A DNA stretch of 64,000 bases from Mobula hypostoma (GCF_963921235.1 NC_086097.1:234362001-234426000); one strand, 5' to 3'. Positions 25,675 to 37,074 are shown, counted from the first letter of the stretch. A program made the numbers and translations. The notes: a model not told the origin generated them from the letters alone.

Positions 25675-26150
25675 GTCATAGAAAAGTACAGCACGGAATC
25701 AGGCCCATTGGCCCATCTAGTCTGTGCTGAACCATTTAAGCTACCTACTGTCATCAGTCTACACCGGGATCATAGCCCTCCATACCTCTATTATCCATGC
25801 ACCTATCTAAACTTCTCCTAATCTTTGAAACTAAGCTTGCAGGCACCACTTGTACTGGCAGCTCTTTTCACACTCATGACCATCTGAATGAAGAAATTTC
25901 CCCTCATGTTCCCCTTAAACTTTTCACCTTTCACCCTTAACCCATAACCACTGATTGTCGTCCCTCCCAACCTCAGTGGAAACAGCCTGTTTGTATTTAC
26001 CCTCTCTACAGCCCTCATAATTTTGTATACCTCTATCAAATCTCCTCTCAATCTTTTACATCCCAAGGAATAAATTCCTAATCGATTCAACCTTTCCTTA
26101 TAACTCAGATCCTCCAGACCCGGAGACATCCTCGTAATTTTTTTCTGTAC
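25675..26150 (-). mobile_element. CR1 3' fragment inserted into a V-SINE
   Basis: PGLEDLSYKERLNRLGIYSL..RLRGDLIEVYKIM, with SINE halves on both sides. Confidence 0.8.
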
Positions 26151-28019
26151 TACTTACAGACAGGGGCAGGATTGATCATGGGTTACTGGCACTGTAATAG
26201 TGCTACACTACCATCCCACCCTATACCTCTGTCTATGCCATGCTCCTGAATCATAGTTATTCAGAGAGATAACATGGAAACAGATTCTTCAACCCATCAA
26301 GTCCATGACAGACATTAACCATCTATTAATATTAACCTCACATTAATCTCACATCTTTATTCCTACACATTCCCATCCACTCCTCTCAAGTTCTACACAG
26401 TAAGGCCAATTTATACCAGGCAATTAATTCCCAACCTATATGTCTTTGGCATAAGGGAAGAAACCGGATAAACGATAGAAACCCATATGCTACAGGGAGA
26501 ATGCACGAACTCCACAATGACAGCACACCAGATCAGGATTAAACCCAAATCCCTTTCAGAATTTCTCTGTTCATCCCCATACTCAAACCTTCATTTTGTG
26601 CCCCATCTTATTCAAAAGGTGTCCAAGCACAGATCTGACCTGCTCACCACCCCCAGCTCCACCTCATGATTTCCCAGTTCCCTGATCGTGACCTTTCAAT
26701 TCCTTGCCCCAGCCCTTTTGCTAACTGGTCCAGTCCTTGGTCCCTGGTCCTGATCCCCCTGTGGCAGTGATCCCCAAATGCCCCATTTCTCCAGTGGATC
26801 TCCTGATTGTCTACTTTTTCTGTCGAGGACTTGGTATCAGGAAGTATTAAAGTGCTCATGTTTCAGAGTGTATTAAAGTGCCTAGCTGAAAGACTGGATT
26901 TCCAGCATCTGCAGAATCTCAAACAAGAGAAAATCTGCAGATACCAGTCCTGCCAAAGGGTTTCGACCCTAAACATTGACTGGACTTTTTACCATAGATG
27001 CTACCTGGCCTGCTGAGTTCCTCCAGCATTTTGTGCGTGTTGATCTGCAAAATCTCTTGTGTTTATGAAGTATCACCACATTGTCCCATGAGAAAAGGTT
27101 GAGTGAGCTAAGGCTTTCCTCTTCGGAGCAGAGGATGATGATAGGAGGCTCCACAGAGGAGTACCAGATGATAATAGACATAATTAGAGTAGACATCAAG
27201 CAACTTTTCCCCCCAGGGTAGCAATGGCTAATAGTGGAGGACAAACGTTTAAGGTGATTGGAGAAAAGTATAGGGGGATTGTCAGAGGTGTTTGTTTTTC
27301 ACACAGAGACTATACGTGCATGGAATGCACTACCAGCGATGGTGATAGAGGCAGCCACGTTAGTCATATTTGAGATACTGTTAGATAGGCACATGGACAC
27401 TAAACAACACTAAAGTAAACTAGCTACAGCAAAGCATGAATATGTAACTGTACTCATTTGCTTCTACCATACCCCAGCCCATGTGACAAATTACCCATAA
27501 TAAATGCACAACACAAAATACAATACAGACAGACAGAAAATAGATATATATGGTTCCTATGGGTAGGCAATTCAGTCTCTCACTGCTGCTCCCTAATTCT
27601 ATCCATTTTGTAACTTAGCATCTGTGAAAGAAGAAATATTTAAGGGAATCTAAGGGGAAACTTCTTTATCAGAGAGTGGTGCAAGAAAGCAGCATCGATC
27701 ATTAAAGATGTCCACCACCCAGACCATGCTCTTTAATCACTGCTACAATAGAGATGGAGATACAGGAGCCTCAGCACTGAAGTTATTTCAGAACTACGGA
27801 TCACTTTTAAGGAATCTATAACTCATGGTCTCAGTATTATTTATTTATTTGTTTGTTTGTTTGAATAGATTGTATTCTTTTCCACGTTGGTTGTCTATCA
27901 GTCATTGTGTATATTTTTTCATTGATTCTATTGTATATTCGTCTAGCAGGAATTCCTGCAAGAAAATGAATCTCAATGTAGCAGTTACATGTAAAATAGT
28001 ATGTACCAGTATTATAGTG

Positions 28020-30068
28020 AAGTAGAGGAACTACAGAGGCATGAGAGAGAAACCAGCCAAAGTTGATTGGAAGGGGACACTAGCAGGGATGACGGCAGAG
28101 TACCAATGGTTGAAGTTTTGGAGGTAATTCAAAGATGCAGGAGAGATTCCTTCCAAAGAAGAACATTGCAAGGTGACAATAAGTCAACCTTGGCTGACAA
28201 GGGAAATCAAAGGTAGCGTAAAAATAAAAGAGAAGGCATATGATATCACCAGAATTAGTGGGAAGTTAGAGGTTTGGAAAGCTTTTAAAAACCAACAAAA
28301 ACAATAAGGAAGGAATAGATGGAATATGAAGCTAATATAAAAGGGGATACCAGAAGATTAAGAGTAAAAGAGAAGAGTGAATATCAGATTGCTGGAAAAT
28401 GACACCCAAGAGGTAGTAATGGTAACAAAGAAATGGCTGACAAACGCAAAGTGTATTTTTCATCAGCCTTCACTATGGAAGACACCAGTAGTATGCCAAA
28501 AGTTCCTGTGTGTCAGGGGCAGAAGTGAGTGGAGTCGCTATCATTAAAGAGAAGCTGGCTAGGAAGCTGAAGGTCTGAAGATAGATAAGTCACATGGACC
28601 AGATGGACTACACACCCAGGGTTCCGAAAGAGGTAGCTGAAGATATTGCAGAGGTATTAGAGTGCCCTGTCAAGAATTACTACATTCTTGAAATTTCTAG
28701 AGGACTGAAAATTGCAAATGTCATTCCACTCTTTAAGAAAGAAGTAGGCAGAAGACAGGAAATGATAGGCCACTTAAACTGATTTCAGTGGTTGGGAAGA
28801 TGTTAGAGTCCATTACTAAGGAAGGGAGTTGAGAGTTCAGGGTACTTTGATGCATATGATAAAATAGGCCAGACGTAATATGATATCCTTAAAGGGAAAT
28901 CATGCCTAACATACCTGATGAAATTCTTTGACAGGTAGGGTAGACAAACAAGAGTCTGTGGTTGATGTTTACTTGGATTTCCAAAAGGCCTTTGACAAGG
29001 TGACTCACATAAGACTGGTCAACAAGTTAAGAGGAAATGGTATTATGGGAAAGATACAAGCAAGGATAGAAGATTGACTGACTGGCAGGAGGCAGAATGG
29101 GAATAAAAGGGGCCTTTTTGATCGACTAGTGGTGTTCTGAAGTGGTTGATTATGAGACCACTTCTTTTCATGTTATATGTCAAGGTTCTGGATGATAGAA
29201 TTTTTGTCAAGTTTGTGGACAATACCAAGATAAGTGGAGGGACGGGTAGTGTTGAGGAAGCAGGGAGTTTGCAGAGAGACCAAGACAGATTAGGAGAATG
29301 TTAAACAAAGTGGCCGGTGGAATATAGTGTAGGGAAGTGTATGGTCATGGTCATGCACTTTGGCAGAAGGAATAAAGTTTTAGCTTATTTTCTAAACAGT
29401 GAGAATATTCAAAAATCCGGAGGTGCAGAGGTGCTTATGCAGAATTCCCTAAAGGCTAATTTGCTGGTTGAGTGAATGGTAAAGAGGGCAAATTCAATTT
29501 TAACATCCATTTCGAGAAGGCTAAAATATAAAACCAAAGATGCAATGCTAAGATCTTATAAGGTATTGGTCAGACCATACTTGAGTATTGTGAGCAGTTT
29601 TGGGCCCCTTATCTAAGAAAAGATGTGTTGGCATTAGAGATGATCTAAAGGAGGTTCACAAGAATGATTCTAGCAATTAAAGGGTTTATATATGAGGAAA
29701 ATTTGATGGCTCTGGACCGATACTTATTGGAATTTAGAAGAATGAAAGATGATCTAATTGAAACCTATTGAATATTGAAATACCTAGATAGAGGGGATGT
29801 GGAGAGAATGTTTCCTTTAGTGGGGCAGTCTTGGACCAGAAGTTACAGCCTTAGAATGCAATACGACAATAGAGACCAAGTCATTGGGTATATTTAAAGC
29901 AGAAGTTGATAGGTTCTTGATTAGTAAAGCTGTCAAAGGTTACAGGGAGAAGACAGGAGAATGGGGTTGAGGGCGATAATAAATCAGGAATACTAGAATG
30001 GCAGAGCAGACACAAGGAGCCAAATGGCCAATTTGTGCCCCTGTGTCTTATGATCTTATGGTCTTATA
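28020..30068 (+). pseudogene. Old degenerate CR1 ORF2 (about 2 kb)
   Basis: PRVPKEVAEDI, KIANVIPLFKK, tacttggatttccaaaaggcctttgacaaggtg, many stops, and a (tcttatgg)n tail. Confidence 0.85.
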
Positions 30069-31257
30069 TTGTGACATATACATACTTAAATTGTTTATAT
30101 TTTTTATATTGAAGTTTGAAATCTGAAGGATGGAATATGTCAGTGGAAGTGGTAGATGTGGGTTCAATTGCAATATTTGATATTATTTTGGATAGGTGCA
30201 TGAATGAGAAGGGTATGGAAAGCTATGGTCTTGGTGGTGGTCGATGAAACTAAGCAGAAGTATAGGACAGCATCGATTACATTGTTTGACGGGCCTGTTT
30301 TTCTGCTGTAGTGACCTATGACTCCATTACTCTACGACCTTCACTAACCACATCTCTTTGAATATCCCTAGTATCTGAACACCTATCCCTACCTGTTATA
30401 AATATATTTATCAACCAAGTATCAGAATCAGGTTTATTATTACTGGCATGTGTCGTGAAGTTTGTTAACCTATCAGCAGCAGTTCAATGCAATACACAAT
30501 ACAAAAGAGAAAAAAAAATAAAATAAAATAATAAAAATAAATAAACAACAAGCAAATAAATAAATCACAGCATATGCACACTAAATAGACTAAAATCTGT
30601 GCAAAAAAACCCAGAAACAATATACATTAAAAAAGTGAGGCAGTGTCCAAGAGCCCGAGGTCCAATGTCAATGTCCAATGTCTAGGAATCGAATGGCAGA
30701 GGGGAAGAAGCCACCCCTGAATCGCTGAGTGTGCACCACCACCCCCCCCCCCCGCCCGCCGCACCAAGCCCCTGCATGTTATAGTTATTTTCATCCTTTC
30801 TAAATCAAAGATGAAGAAAGTAGCCACTTCTATGTAGTTTCTATCTGGAATGAGGAATGAATGCTGTTTGGGTGAATGAAGGACTTGTACTGGCTAGAAC
30901 GCATTTTGGAGGTGATGTGACTAAACTAGGAGTTTAATGCAAAGAACAAGGGATGAATTTCTGGCCAAATATTTTTTTTTAAATGATCCTAGGTAAACTT
31001 TCATTTGTGCTGAATTCAAATTTCTAACTCTATGAAACTTAGCTTCCAACAAAAATGCTAAACATACATTTTACTCTGACTTCTCCCCTTCCTTTCCAGT
31101 TCTGATGAAGGGTCTCAGCCCAAACCTTCGACTGGTTACTCCTTTCCATAGGCGTTGCTTGGTTTGCTCAGTACCTGCAGCATTTTTGCTGGAGGAACTC
31201 AGCTTTGTATTTCCAGCATCTGAAAATCTTCTCATGTTTGAAATATTCTGTTCATTG

Positions 31258-32113
31258 TGTTACGTACCCCGTAACTGGGTTGCCAAACCAGCAGAAATGG
31301 ATCACTCAGTTGGAGTCTGGAGTACTAGAACTAAGAAAGTTTTATTAAAGAAACAAGCAACACAGTAATCGAAAGGATAATAAATGCAACAATTCAACAA
31401 TGATAACCACACATGTGCACAGAATTAAGATAACAGCATCAATCAAGCTCTATCGTTGTCTAGGGGTAAATGACCAATTTCAAAATGACTCAAAGTTCAG
31501 TCCAGTTTGTAGCTCAGTTCGCAGTAATCGTTGCCATGGCGATGGACAAGGTGGGGGAAGAGAGACAGAATAGGAACAACTGATCATTCAGAACACTGCT
31601 TCACTCACAGACCAGCGGGATGGCTCACAAACAGCATTTGGGCAGGTCCTTGGTGATGTCACCTGAGGTCACCGACTGTGACCCCTCCTCCAGATGCGGT
31701 CGATCCTCTGCAGTGAACCCGGCACCCAGGCAAGGGCGGACACACACCGGGTTCCCGCTGATCGTACCTTTCCACCCTGTGCGTTGTCCGGTACTTCTCA
31801 CCACTCGTGAGAGGCGCACCGCTTCCAGGGTCTCGTTACCTCGGGTGGCGTGTGTCTGTCTTAGCGAACCTGTCCCTTTTTATCCCCCTGCTGGGGTATC
31901 GCCTGTCCATCACTTCAAACAGTTCAGGGTTCAAAGGGGGGAGCCGCTCCAGACAGCTCTTCCTCCCACATCCCTTCATTACACATCTCCAGACGCTGCT
32001 CCATTGTTCCTTATCTCTCCTTCCCCTGAGAGCAGGTGGCAGACCAACTGCTGATGCCACTGATGCTAGCCCAGGCCAGCAAACATCTTAATTTTATGTG
32101 TATTCTCGTAACA
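31258..32113 (-). repeat. 3' LTR (856 bp)
   Basis: Direct repeat of 35393-36248 with about 3 transitions seen. AATAAA lies on the element strand near 31341-31346. Confidence 0.97.
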
Positions 32114-32125
32114 CTTCCCCCCTTT
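32114..32125 (-). other. Polypurine tract
   Basis: The minus strand reads AAAGGGGGGAAG immediately before the TGT start of the 3' LTR. Confidence 0.9.
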
Positions 32126-32285
32126 AAGGATTTTTACCGGGAGGTAAAAATTACAAACATGACTACATTATCTGATACATACACAATATACATCTTTAAC
32201 AGTTATTTAGCTAATACAGAGAATTTGAAGCTGTCAACACCTTGACAGACAGTCGTCACATTTTCTGTTCCTTTTACACGTGTTA

Positions 32286-34784
32286 TTAATAATCCCTTAG
32301 ACCAGGCTCCAACTCAGCAAACTTCATAGTGGCCAAAAACACTGATGAATTGCGACCAATGTAACCTCTCATTTGGTTTTGTCCCGGACCACAATAACAA
32401 GGGTCGTCCCATTCCGACTCAATTTTCTCTCGCAAGGGCTTAGTAGGAGGGGGACGGGTATTGACCGCAGAGTTATTGCAAAACTTCCTACAGTACCCCA
32501 CTATCTCCAAAAGCCTTCTGAGGGCCCTCTTGTCTGTCGGGGTTGGGAGGTCAGCGATAGCCTGCACTGTAGCTTGCATCACTGCCAGCTGCCCCTGTGT
32601 CACCACAATTCCCAGGTAAGTGACATTCGTGTGGCCGAATTCATTTTTTCCAAGGTTCACTATCAAGCTGGCTTCAGACAGCCGTGTTAAATTGCCAATA
32701 CACACCTCTGTGTTCATCAGCCCTTTAGTCACTGAATTACTCGAAAAATATGGGTGTTGTTTACTTGGCCGCCCCATTGTAACCACAATCACCCAACGTC
32801 CCAGTTCTTTGCATTTCCTCGGGACAATCAAACACATGGGTGCGAGTCGTTTAATTACTCCTTCGGGGATTAAGGGAGAGACCTTATCAGTAGACCTGGC
32901 CAAAACAATAGCCTTCTCCCATCTGACCGATCCCATCCTAATCTTTTCAAAATGGTTTTTTCCTCTTATCAAGGGGCCCCTAGCTTCATTGATTTCCACG
33001 CTAACACCGACTAGGTTTGTTAGCATATCAAAAGCCGGTGACCGTCTCAGTTCGCGTCGGTCATGATCAATAACATTCTTCCCCCTGGGCAGCCGGTAAA
33101 TCTCTTTCATGATTCCACCAACTGTTTCCTCCAGCACCGCAAAATGTCCACCGGGGGGTACCTCGTGGGCCATGTTAAAAACCTCATCCCCATAACTCTT
33201 TTGCACCACCCCCCACTCCTCATCTGCGGATACTGTCCTTGATTTCCCTTTCTTCCTTAGCACTTCCTCATCCGCACAATAGCCTACTAGTTCCCTTGTC
33301 AAGGCTGTGTCAGAGAGAGCTGTCTCTGCAAAACCCATCAGCCCCTCGCCTCGCTCCTGCGTCTGCACAAATTCTTTCCTGGCTACTGCTACGTCCGTCC
33401 CAGCTCCCTCACTACCTCTTATCTCACTACACCCTGTCTCATACAAGGTTGGCAGAAATGTTTCAGCCAAATTCACCATCGCGGGCGGGGCCTCCATGCT
33501 GGCAGGCTGACCCGTCAATCTCACGACTGGGAACACGATTCCTCCGGCGATGTCATTACCGAGCAAGACTTCCACGTCTTTCATCGGTAATTCGGACCTC
33601 ACCCCGATCGTGACTAGTCCAGAGACCAGGTTGCTCTGTAAATGTATCTGGTGCAAAGGGACTGACTCTGTCCCTTCCCCAACACCTTTGACCTCTACCT
33701 CCCCAGTCTGGGTCTCTGAGCTAAACTCTAATACACTCTTCAGTATTAGTGACTGACACGCTCCCGTGTCTCTCCAGATCCGCACTGGAACTGGTTTTAA
33801 CCTCTCCTTCACTGACACCAGTCCGGCCGAGATAAACCTCTCGCGCCCTTCCTGGACTTTTTCAGACCTGTCCTTCCCTAGCGGTTCGCTTAACAGCTCA
33901 ATACAGCCATTCAAAATTTCCGCTTTTCCTTTCCCCGTCTCCTTCCTTGGGGCAAAGCACCTGGACGCAAAGTGTCCGACTTTCCCACAATTATAACAGA
34001 CGACCCCAGGAGACTTCCCACCAGACTGCTCCCGGTCTACCTTATCCTTTTCACTAGTCCCCGGCTTACTTTCTGACTTTTCCGGTGGACTCTCCCCGCC
34101 GTCCTGGCTACCCTTCTGGTAGCCTTTACTCGGGGCAACCTTCATTTTATGCGTCAACGCATACTCATCCGCTAACTTAGCAGTTGCGGCTAACGTGGCT
34201 GCCTCTTTCTCATCGAGGTAGGGTCTCATACCCTCAGGGACACAACCTTTAAACTGCTCAATCAGAATCAGTTGCAGCAGTCTGTCATAATCCCCCTCTA
34301 CCCCTTTCGAGGCGCACCAACGCTCACAATATGTTTGCATCTCACGAGCAAACTCCAAATACGTGCGGTCCCACCGCTTCCTCGCATTCCGGAACCTCTG
34401 CCGGTATGCCTCCGGGACCAACTCATAAATCCTGAGGATGGCCTCCTTCACCACCTCATACTTCTGGGCATCTTCCGCGGATAAAGCGGAGTAAGCTTGT
34501 TGGGCTTTCCCTTTCAGTACACTCTGAAGTAAGACAACCCACTTATCCCTCGGCCAGTCCTGACTTATAGCTACTTTTTCGAAGTGGAGAAAGTACCGAT
34601 CCACATCGGTATCGTCAAATGGGGGAACCAGCCTAACCTCCTGGGTCGCCCGGAACCCTCCACCTTGGTTCGGCACGAGCCCCTGCTCGGCCCTTATCTT
34701 TAACTTCTCCAGCTCAAATTCCCTTTCCCTCTGTTTCTCCTCTCTCTCCAACTGCCTGTCCCTCTCTCTCTCTTCTCTCTCCAA
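32286..34784 (-). CDS. Gag (capsid with SCAN-like C-terminal domain, CCHC knuckle), aspartic protease and in-frame degenerate IN/RT/RNase H relic; distal part of an ORF that starts at 35293
   Basis: PEAYRQRFR...LILIEQF..LADEY at about 34155-34415; CYNCGKVGHFASRC at about 33957-33998; IWRDTGA (DTG at 33762-33770) and LLGND; IN-like AHEVPPGGHF; RT-like KQHPY, VTYLGIVV and LRRLLEIVGYCRKF. No YxDD and no DDE core. Confidence 0.9.
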   Translation of the reverse strand: MEREERERDRQLEREEKQREREFELEKLKIRAEQGLVPNQGGGFRATQEVRLVPPFDDTDVDRYFLHFEKVAISQDWPRDKWVVLLQSVLKGKAQQAYSALSAEDAQKYEVVKEAILRIYELVPEAYRQRFRNARKRWDRTYLEFAREMQTYCERWCASKGVEGDYDRLLQLILIEQFKGCVPEGMRPYLDEKEAATLAATAKLADEYALTHKMKVAPSKGYQKGSQDGGESPPEKSESKPGTSEKDKVDREQSGGKSPGVVCYNCGKVGHFASRCFAPRKETGKGKAEILNGCIELLSEPLGKDRSEKVQEGRERFISAGLVSVKERLKPVPVRIWRDTGACQSLILKSVLEFSSETQTGEVEVKGVGEGTESVPLHQIHLQSNLVSGLVTIGVRSELPMKDVEVLLGNDIAGGIVFPVVRLTGQPASMEAPPAMVNLAETFLPTLYETGCSEIRGSEGAGTDVAVARKEFVQTQERGEGLMGFAETALSDTALTRELVGYCADEEVLRKKGKSRTVSADEEWGVVQKSYGDEVFNMAHEVPPGGHFAVLEETVGGIMKEIYRLPRGKNVIDHDRRELRRSPAFDMLTNLVGVSVEINEARGPLIRGKNHFEKIRMGSVRWEKAIVLARSTDKVSPLIPEGVIKRLAPMCLIVPRKCKELGRWVIVVTMGRPSKQHPYFSSNSVTKGLMNTEVCIGNLTRLSEASLIVNLGKNEFGHTNVTYLGIVVTQGQLAVMQATVQAIADLPTPTDKRALRRLLEIVGYCRKFCNNSAVNTRPPPTKPLREKIESEWDDPCYCGPGQNQMRGYIGRNSSVFLATMKFAELEPGLRDY

Positions 34785-35015
34785 CTGTCTTTCTCTCTCT
34801 TGCCTTTCTACCTCTTTCTCTCTCTCCCGCCTTTCTAACTCTTTCTCTCTCTCCCGCCTTTCTAACTCTCTCTCTTTTCCTGCCTTTCTAACTCTCTCTC
34901 TTTCTCCCGCCTTTCTAACTCTCTCTCTTTCTCCTGCCTTTCTAACTCTCTCTCTTTCTCCCGCCTTTCTAACTCTCTCTCCTGCCTTTCTAACTGCTTC
35001 TCTTCGTGTTCTAAC
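34735..35015 (-). repeat. Coding minisatellite with a 27-bp unit (ERREKEREL/ERQEKEREL)
   Basis: Tandem gcctttctaactctctctctttctcc(t/c) units on the + strand. Confidence 0.9.
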
Positions 35016-35293
35016 TGCCGTACCCGGAACTCGTGCTCGAGTCTCAGTTTTTCAAGCTGTACCTGTACCGCGTCTCCAGCAGGTTTTTCAATAGACACCA
35101 CCCCCAGCTCACCTTGGGGAAACACACCTTTAGATACATAGTGCTCTACAATAGCTCTGTGTATCTCCTCTCTCCTCATTGTCGACTTCACCTTAGCAAG
35201 ATTCACCCGTTTGGCCACAGCTATCAATTCCGATTTCCTGGCATCCTCTAATGCCTCCAAGGTCGGCGCCTTTATAAATTCCTCAACCTCCAT
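34862..35293 (-). CDS. Gag N-terminus plus E/R/K-rich helical repeat, separated from the rest by a 1-nt frameshift
   Basis: The ATG lies about 80 nt after the PBS. The span 35293-32286 is 3008 nt, one short of 1003 codons, and one 27-bp repeat unit near 34856-34882 is 26 bp. Confidence 0.85.
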   Translation of the reverse strand: MEVEEFIKAPTLEALEDARKSELIAVAKRVNLAKVKSTMRREEIHRAIVEHYVSKGVFPQGELGVVSIEKPAGDAVQVQLEKLRLEHEFRVRQLEHEEKQLERQERELERREKERELERQEKERELERREKERELERQEKRES

Positions 35294-35362
35294 TTCTGCT
35301 GTTTGTCTTTTCTTTCTTTCGGGAATTTTAACCCAATCAATTTACTCCGTCCCAAATTTAGC

Positions 35363-35388
35363 GTTCAAAATCGCGGACGAGAACCCCA
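35363..35388 (-). other. Primer-binding site, tRNA-Pro-like
   Basis: TGGGGTTCTCGTCCGCGATTTTGAAC lies 4 nt after the 5' LTR and compares with the tRNA-Pro complement TGGGGGCTCGTCCGGGATTTGAAC. Confidence 0.75.
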
Positions 35389-35392
35389 CTTA

Positions 35393-36248
35393 TGTTACGT
35401 ACCCCGTAACTGGGTTGCCAAACCAGCAGAAATGGATCACTCAGTTGGAGTCTGGAGTACTAGAACTAAGAAAGTTTTATTAAAGAAACAAGCAACACAG
35501 TAATCGAAAGGATAATAAATGCAACAATTCAACAATGATAACCACACATGTGCACAGAATTAAGATAACAGCATCAATCAAGCTCTATCGTTGTCTAGGG
35601 GTAAATGACCAATTTCAAAATGACTCAAAGTTCAGTCCAGTTTGTAGTTCAGTTCGCAGTAATCGTTGCCATGGCGATGGACAAGGTGGGGGAAGAGAGA
35701 CAGAATAGGAACAACTGATCATTCAGAACACTGCTTCACTCACAGACCAGCGGGATGGCTCACAAACAGCATTTGGGCAGGTCCTTGGTGATGTCACCTG
35801 AGGTCACCGACTGTGACCCCTCCTCCAGATGCGGTCGATCCTCTGCAGTGAACCCGGCACCCAGGCAAGGGCGGACACACACCGGGTTCCCGCTGATCGT
35901 ACCTTTCCACCCTGTGCGTTGTCCGGTACTTCTCACCACTCGTGAGAGGCGCACCGCTTCCAGGGTCTCGTTACCTCGGGTGGCGTGTGTCTGTCTTAGC
36001 GAACCTGTCCCTTTTTATCCCCCTGCTGGGGTATCGCCTGTCCATCACTTCAAACAGTTCAGGGTTCAAAGGGGGGAGCCGCTCCAGGCAGCTCTTCCTC
36101 CCACATCCCTTCATTACACATCTCCAGACGCTGCTCCATTGTTCCTTATCTCTCCTTCCCCTGAGGGCAGGTGGCAGACCAACTGCTGATGCCACTGATG
36201 CTAGCCCAGGCCAGCAAACATCTTAATTTTATGTGTATTCTCGTAACA
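35393..36248 (-). repeat. 5' LTR (856 bp)
   Basis: Direct repeat of 31258-32113. Confidence 0.97.
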
Positions 36249-36379
36249 ATTGTAACATAGATTATCGTTACCTATTGAGCTGCGCTAAGGGAGATATATA
36301 ATTGGTTCAATTACAATAAATAAAATGGTCTCTGGAGATCTATCCCCTGGGCCAAGCATGTTTCTTCCAGTTACATAGA

Positions 36380-36890
36380 AGGCACACCAATGGCTATATG
36401 TCATCAGGAGTTTGAGGAAACTGATATCACCCAAGACTCTAGCACAGTTCTACAGGTGTACCAAGCAGATCATTCTAGCTGGCTGCACAATCATCTGGTA
36501 TGGAGATGAAGGAGTTGAAAACCCAGCCAGCACCATCATGAACACTAGCCTCCCGACTATCAAGGACATCTGCAAAAGACAATGTCTCAAGAACGGAGCA
36601 TATGTCATTATACACCCTCACCATCCAGAGTATGCCCTCTTCTCATTAGAGAGGAAATAGAGGAGCCTGAAGACACACGTTCAACATTTCAGGAACAGCT
36701 TCTTCCCCTTCGCCATGTCATCCCTGAACAGTCCATGACCCATGAACACTACTTTCATATTTCCTCTGATTTTGCACTATTTATTTTACGTAACTTAGAG
36801 TATTTTTTTATGCATTGCACTCTTATGCTGCCACAAAACAACAGATTTCACAATGTACATCGGTGATAATAAACCTGATTCTAATTCTGG
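36380..36890 (+). mobile_element. Old Rex1/Babar 3' fragment
   Basis: SPKTLAQFYRCT..ILAGCTIIWYG..PHHPEYALFS, with the tail aataaacctgattct. Confidence 0.7.
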
Positions 36891-37074
36891 TAAAATGTAG
36901 TAAGTAAAAGTGGATAGCAAGTTCCATCTTTGAGTTATAACATAACATCTTCTTATATAAGTTTAGCTTACAGTATAGTAAAAACTAATGTTAACATTAA
37001 CATTACAAGGGAAGATAGATTAGAAGAAACCATAATGAAGCCAGTACAATAGTTACGGAACTTCTAGCTTTATG

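Larger units (their letters stand above)
31258..36248 (-). mobile_element. Complete young Gmr1-like Ty3/Gypsy LTR retrotransposon with internally deleted pol (non-autonomous)
   Basis: Two 856-bp direct repeats with TGTTACG...CGTAACA ends, TSD ATTG at 31254-31257 and 36249-36252, PBS and PPT in the correct places, a SCAN-like capsid, and an IN remnant upstream of the RT remnant. Confidence 0.95.

Noticed and set aside
31620..32091. 144-aa and 94-aa ORFs duplicated at 35755-36226
   Set aside because: They lie inside the LTRs, antisense to the element, with no recognisable domain. The duplication is explained by LTR identity.
32286..34784. Domesticated host SCAN or Gag-derived gene
   Set aside because: It sits between near-identical LTRs with a TSD, PBS and PPT, so it is a recent transposon insertion.
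34735..35015. Regular 27-bp repeats as a possible CRISPR array
   Set aside because: There are no unique spacers, the context is eukaryotic, and the repeats encode part of Gag.
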